NCBI GenBank assembly: GCA_963819205.1
Contig: CAWFVD010000004.1
Span: 313,736-337,735, forward strand
Length of the DNA: 24,000 nt
Direction: 5' to 3'
Source: an uncultured Methanobacteriaceae archaeon
GTDB taxonomy: Archaea; Methanobacteriota; Methanobacteria; Methanobacteriales; Methanobacteriaceae
The translations under genes were made by a program, and so were the position numbers. Positions 21,590 to 24,000 of the stretch are shown here, piece after piece. The notes beneath the pieces were generated by a model. That model was not told where the DNA came from. It ran no database searches and saw only the letters and a program-made list of their open reading frames with translations. Position 1 is the stretch's first letter; the number at the start of each line of letters is the position of its first letter.

Positions 21590-22663
21590 TTATTTCATGG
21601 CTTTCAAACGTACTTCAGGTTCGAGTGCCCTTGGTTCTGCAGCTACTATAGCAGCTCCTTTAGCCACCACCGTCATTGGATCGTCTGATATTTCTACAGG
21701 AACTCCCACTTCTTCATAAATCCTATCCTTTAATCCTCTAAGTTGGGATGTACCACCAACGACTACCGTTTTGTTGTATACACCGGATATGAGTTCAGGA
21801 GACATTCTCTCAAGAACCATTGAAAGTGCTTCAATCAGTCTCACAACGATAGGTTCTGCTGCATCAGCAACCAAGTTTGAGTCTAATTCAACTTGTTTTG
21901 GTTTGTTGGTTTCCATAGATTTTCCAATGGCTGTAGTTGATAAATTTTCAACATCTGCACCTGAATGTACCATCCCTACCGCTATTTTTGCTTTTTCAGC
22001 TTCGTGTATTCCTATTTCGACGTTGTACGTTTCTTTAACTTTTTCGACAATGTTTTTGTCGATGTCGTCTCCACCGTCTCTGATGGTTTCGATGTCTGTA
22101 ATTCCACCCAGGGATATCACAACAATATCGCTTGACCCTGCTCCAATATCAATGACCATGGTTCCTGCTGCCTCTGCTATTGGAAGACCTGCCCCTATGG
22201 CTGCGGAAAGTCCTTCACTTATAACCAATACGTAACTTGCACCAGCCTTAATACCTATTTCTTCAACAGCTCTTTTTTCAACTTCAGATGCATCTCCGGG
22301 TATGCCTATGACTATCCTATCTATGGTGTCTGTTTTTTCTCCCGAACCCTTGTCAATTGCGTAGACTAAAAGTGCTTCTGCTTGGGCTATACTTTCTATA
22401 ACTCCTTTTCTGAGGGGTCTCACTGCTACAATATCCTCAGGAGTTCTTCCAAGCATTGCTTTTGCTTCTTCACCTACAGCAAGCACATATGATAAATCCT
22501 CTTTTTTTACTGCAACTACAGATGGAATTTTGTATAAGTCGAATTTATCTCCTGATGGTTTGGCAACTACGGTGTTAAGGGTTCCTAAATCTATCCCCAA
22601 CGTATCTGTCAAAGCCTTTTTCTTAACATCTACTTCATCATTTTTCTTTAGAAAATCGAACAT
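21590..22663 (-). CDS. mreB: MreB/Mbl-like actin-fold ATPase
   Basis: 357-aa ORF. Phosphate-1 is LGIDLGTLNTVVA, followed by RPLRKGVI and IVIGIPGDASEVEKRAV. Phosphate-2 is MVIDIGAGSSDIVVISLGGI, followed by GGDDID. The adenosine motif is VVVGGTSQLRGLKDRI, and DPMTVVAKGAAI is also present. The order and spacing match MreB. The GGAGG SD lies inside the upstream ORF's last codons. Confidence 0.8.
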   Translation of the reverse strand: MFDFLKKNDEVDVKKKALTDTLGIDLGTLNTVVAKPSGDKFDLYKIPSVVAVKKEDLSYVLAVGEEAKAMLGRTPEDIVAVRPLRKGVIESIAQAEALLVYAIDKGSGEKTDTIDRIVIGIPGDASEVEKRAVEEIGIKAGASYVLVISEGLSAAIGAGLPIAEAAGTMVIDIGAGSSDIVVISLGGITDIETIRDGGDDIDKNIVEKVKETYNVEIGIHEAEKAKIAVGMVHSGADVENLSTTAIGKSMETNKPKQVELDSNLVADAAEPIVVRLIEALSMVLERMSPELISGVYNKTVVVGGTSQLRGLKDRIYEEVGVPVEISDDPMTVVAKGAAIVAAEPRALEPEVRLKAMK

Positions 22664-22664
22664 T

Positions 22665-23294
22665 TCATTCCTCCTTCAAAATTTTATTGAACTCTATTAC
22701 AAATATCTTGTTAACTTTGGCTAGTTCCTTAATTTTTGGTATAAGTTCCTCATCAGCAGATATTAAAACTGTTGATAATGCAACATCTGCCATTTTAAAT
22801 AAGGGGTCAATTGTGTTTCTTACAAATTCAGGTAACATATTTGTTATATATACATCTGTTTCAATGAATCCAGTTGTTTTATCTTCTATAAGGTATGTAA
22901 GTTTTAATCTTGATTTTTCACAGTCTCCCATGAATTTTTTTATGGAGTTTTCAGGACCCACAGTTAACATTAAATTAGGTTCGTTTAACACATAATATGG
23001 TGCAATTTTGAGATATGCTCCTCCATTATCCTTGCACATCAAGCTTAAGTCTCTGATTTTGTTAATGTCTCCATGTAACATAATGAAATCAAATTTTTTG
23101 GTTACAAATGATTCTTTGCTGGTTATATGCTCTCTGCAAAGAATTTTAACCCTTTCCTTGTCAGTTATAGCTGCGTATGCAATGTTATTAACCATTTCTT
23201 CATTACCTGCTATTACACACCATATCTGATCCGATTCCTGCATGGTGGAAACCTTTGCAGCTTGTCTCAAGGTTTTTATCTTATTCTCTATCAT
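22665..23294 (-). CDS. uncharacterised soluble 209-aa protein, translationally coupled to the mreB-like gene
   Basis: Its TGA (22665-22667) is 1 nt from the mreB ATG (22663). I chose ATG 23294 (MIENKIKTLRQAAK..., with GGCGTGGT 5 nt upstream). A TATA-like TTCATAAATATAATAATA sits ~40 nt upstream, inside the 36-codon AT-rich extension listed in the ORF track (to 23402). I can see no TM segment, P-loop or family motif. Confidence 0.6.
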   Translation of the reverse strand: MIENKIKTLRQAAKVSTMQESDQIWCVIAGNEEMVNNIAYAAITDKERVKILCREHITSKESFVTKKFDFIMLHGDINKIRDLSLMCKDNGGAYLKIAPYYVLNEPNLMLTVGPENSIKKFMGDCEKSRLKLTYLIEDKTTGFIETDVYITNMLPEFVRNTIDPLFKMADVALSTVLISADEELIPKIKELAKVNKIFVIEFNKILKEE

Positions 23295-23936
23295 TTTTAC
23301 CACGCCTGTTGTGGAAATGTTATTAGTTATTATTATATTTATGAAATTTTTCAATTTAAAAAATCTGTTTATTTTAATCTGATGCAATCTAAAATTTATC
23401 AATATACATCATGTGTTTTACTTCTGAGCTTTATATACCTATAGAATTTATCCTAATTATAACAATCTATTTTATTAAATTTTAATGAGAAATTTTTTTA
23501 GAATAATCGATAATCTTTCTTTAAACCTGTTATCAATAAATTATAGTCCTCAAAATTTTAATAAAGATATCCTTTACTTTCTTTTAATTATAAAAAAAAT
23601 TATTAATGCTGGATTTTAAGAACTTAAATTGTATGTTGTATGTATGAAAATACAATAATTAACTATTTTTTTAGTATTTGAATTTAATATTATTATATAT
23701 AAAGTTTTAGATGAGAATGTGGAGAATATTCATGATATAAAACTGAATAATCTGAACCATAAATCTCCTAGCTTAACCTTTATTCCAAAAATTATCAAAT
23801 CTTAACTATTATCTTATAATGATATTATAATAGATAGTAAATTAATAGGATTACATTATTTCATAAGATTTTTAGAAGAGTTTGATAAACATATTATCTA
23901 AATTATCAAAGTCATTATTAAAAGGGGACCGTATTA

Positions 23937-24000
23937 ATGTTTGTAAGAGGGGTAACTCTAAAAAAAATTGGAATATTAATAACCATAGCAGTATTACCAT
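23937..24000 (+). CDS. 5' end of an ORF with a hydrophobic N-terminus (signal peptide or TM anchor), truncated by the window edge
   Basis: ATG 23937 is preceded by AAAGGGGAC ~8 nt upstream. The translation is MFVRGVTLKKIGILITIAVLP... Only 21 codons are visible, so this is weakly supported. Confidence 0.25.
   Translation, partial: MFVRGVTLKKIGILITIAVLP

Noticed and set aside
23295-23402. The 36-codon N-terminal extension of the 245-aa ORF upstream of the mreB-like gene.
   Set aside because: The translation is low-complexity and AT-driven (MINFRLHQIKINRFFKLKNFINIIITNN...). It contains the likely TATA element. The internal ATG 23294 has a GGCGTGGT RBS.
23403-23936. An unusually long (~530 bp) extremely AT-rich gap. 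It includes a 44-codon ORF (23485..23619, MRNFFRIIDNLSLNLL...) and a short TGTATG-type stutter near 23630.
   Set aside because: I could see no repeat units with spacers, no GC-rich stems suggestive of a structured RNA, and no RBS for the small ORF. It is best read as a divergent promoter region between the mreB unit and the next plus-strand gene. An sRNA cannot be excluded without expression data.

Overview
The window reads as a visibly AT-rich core chromosomal segment of a methanogenic archaeon, Methanobacteriales-like by gene content. I found no tRNA, rRNA, CRISPR array, transposase, integrase or recognisable defence gene.

Plus strand, 1-12.4 kb:
- tail of a four-subunit 2-oxoacid:ferredoxin oxidoreductase (korB, korC)
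- a second, two-subunit OFOR (gamma-alpha fusion plus beta)
- an Mth212-type exonuclease III (xth)
- gatD and gatE
- thioredoxin reductase
- an endonuclease-IV-like TIM barrel
- an AAA+ ATPase
- a badly disrupted DUF4013-like membrane gene

Minus strand, 12.6-23.3 kb:
- hemA and sirC
- a small Cys-rich protein with a UBA-like tail
- MCR component A2 (atwA)
- a Dus/NifR3-like FMN TIM barrel
- GTP cyclohydrolase III, cofD, cofE, purO and rnhB
- an MreB-like actin, preceded by a translationally coupled 209-aa protein of unknown family

Most striking technical feature: about 20 single-base frame breaks fall in the first ~13.8 kb. They hit essential genes (gatD, gatE, hemA) and are almost all net +1. 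The next ~9.5 kb of genes is essentially clean. I interpret this as most likely consensus or assembly error, not biology, and I annotate the affected genes across their full span as frame-disrupted.

Most interesting biology:
- the uncharacterised partner gene coupled to the archaeal MreB
- the tandem CCxPxKPCP/UBA-like protein wedged between atwA and the sirC-hemA genes
- the Dus-like flavoenzyme next to the F420 genes

All functional calls come from motif recognition by eye. No database search was run.
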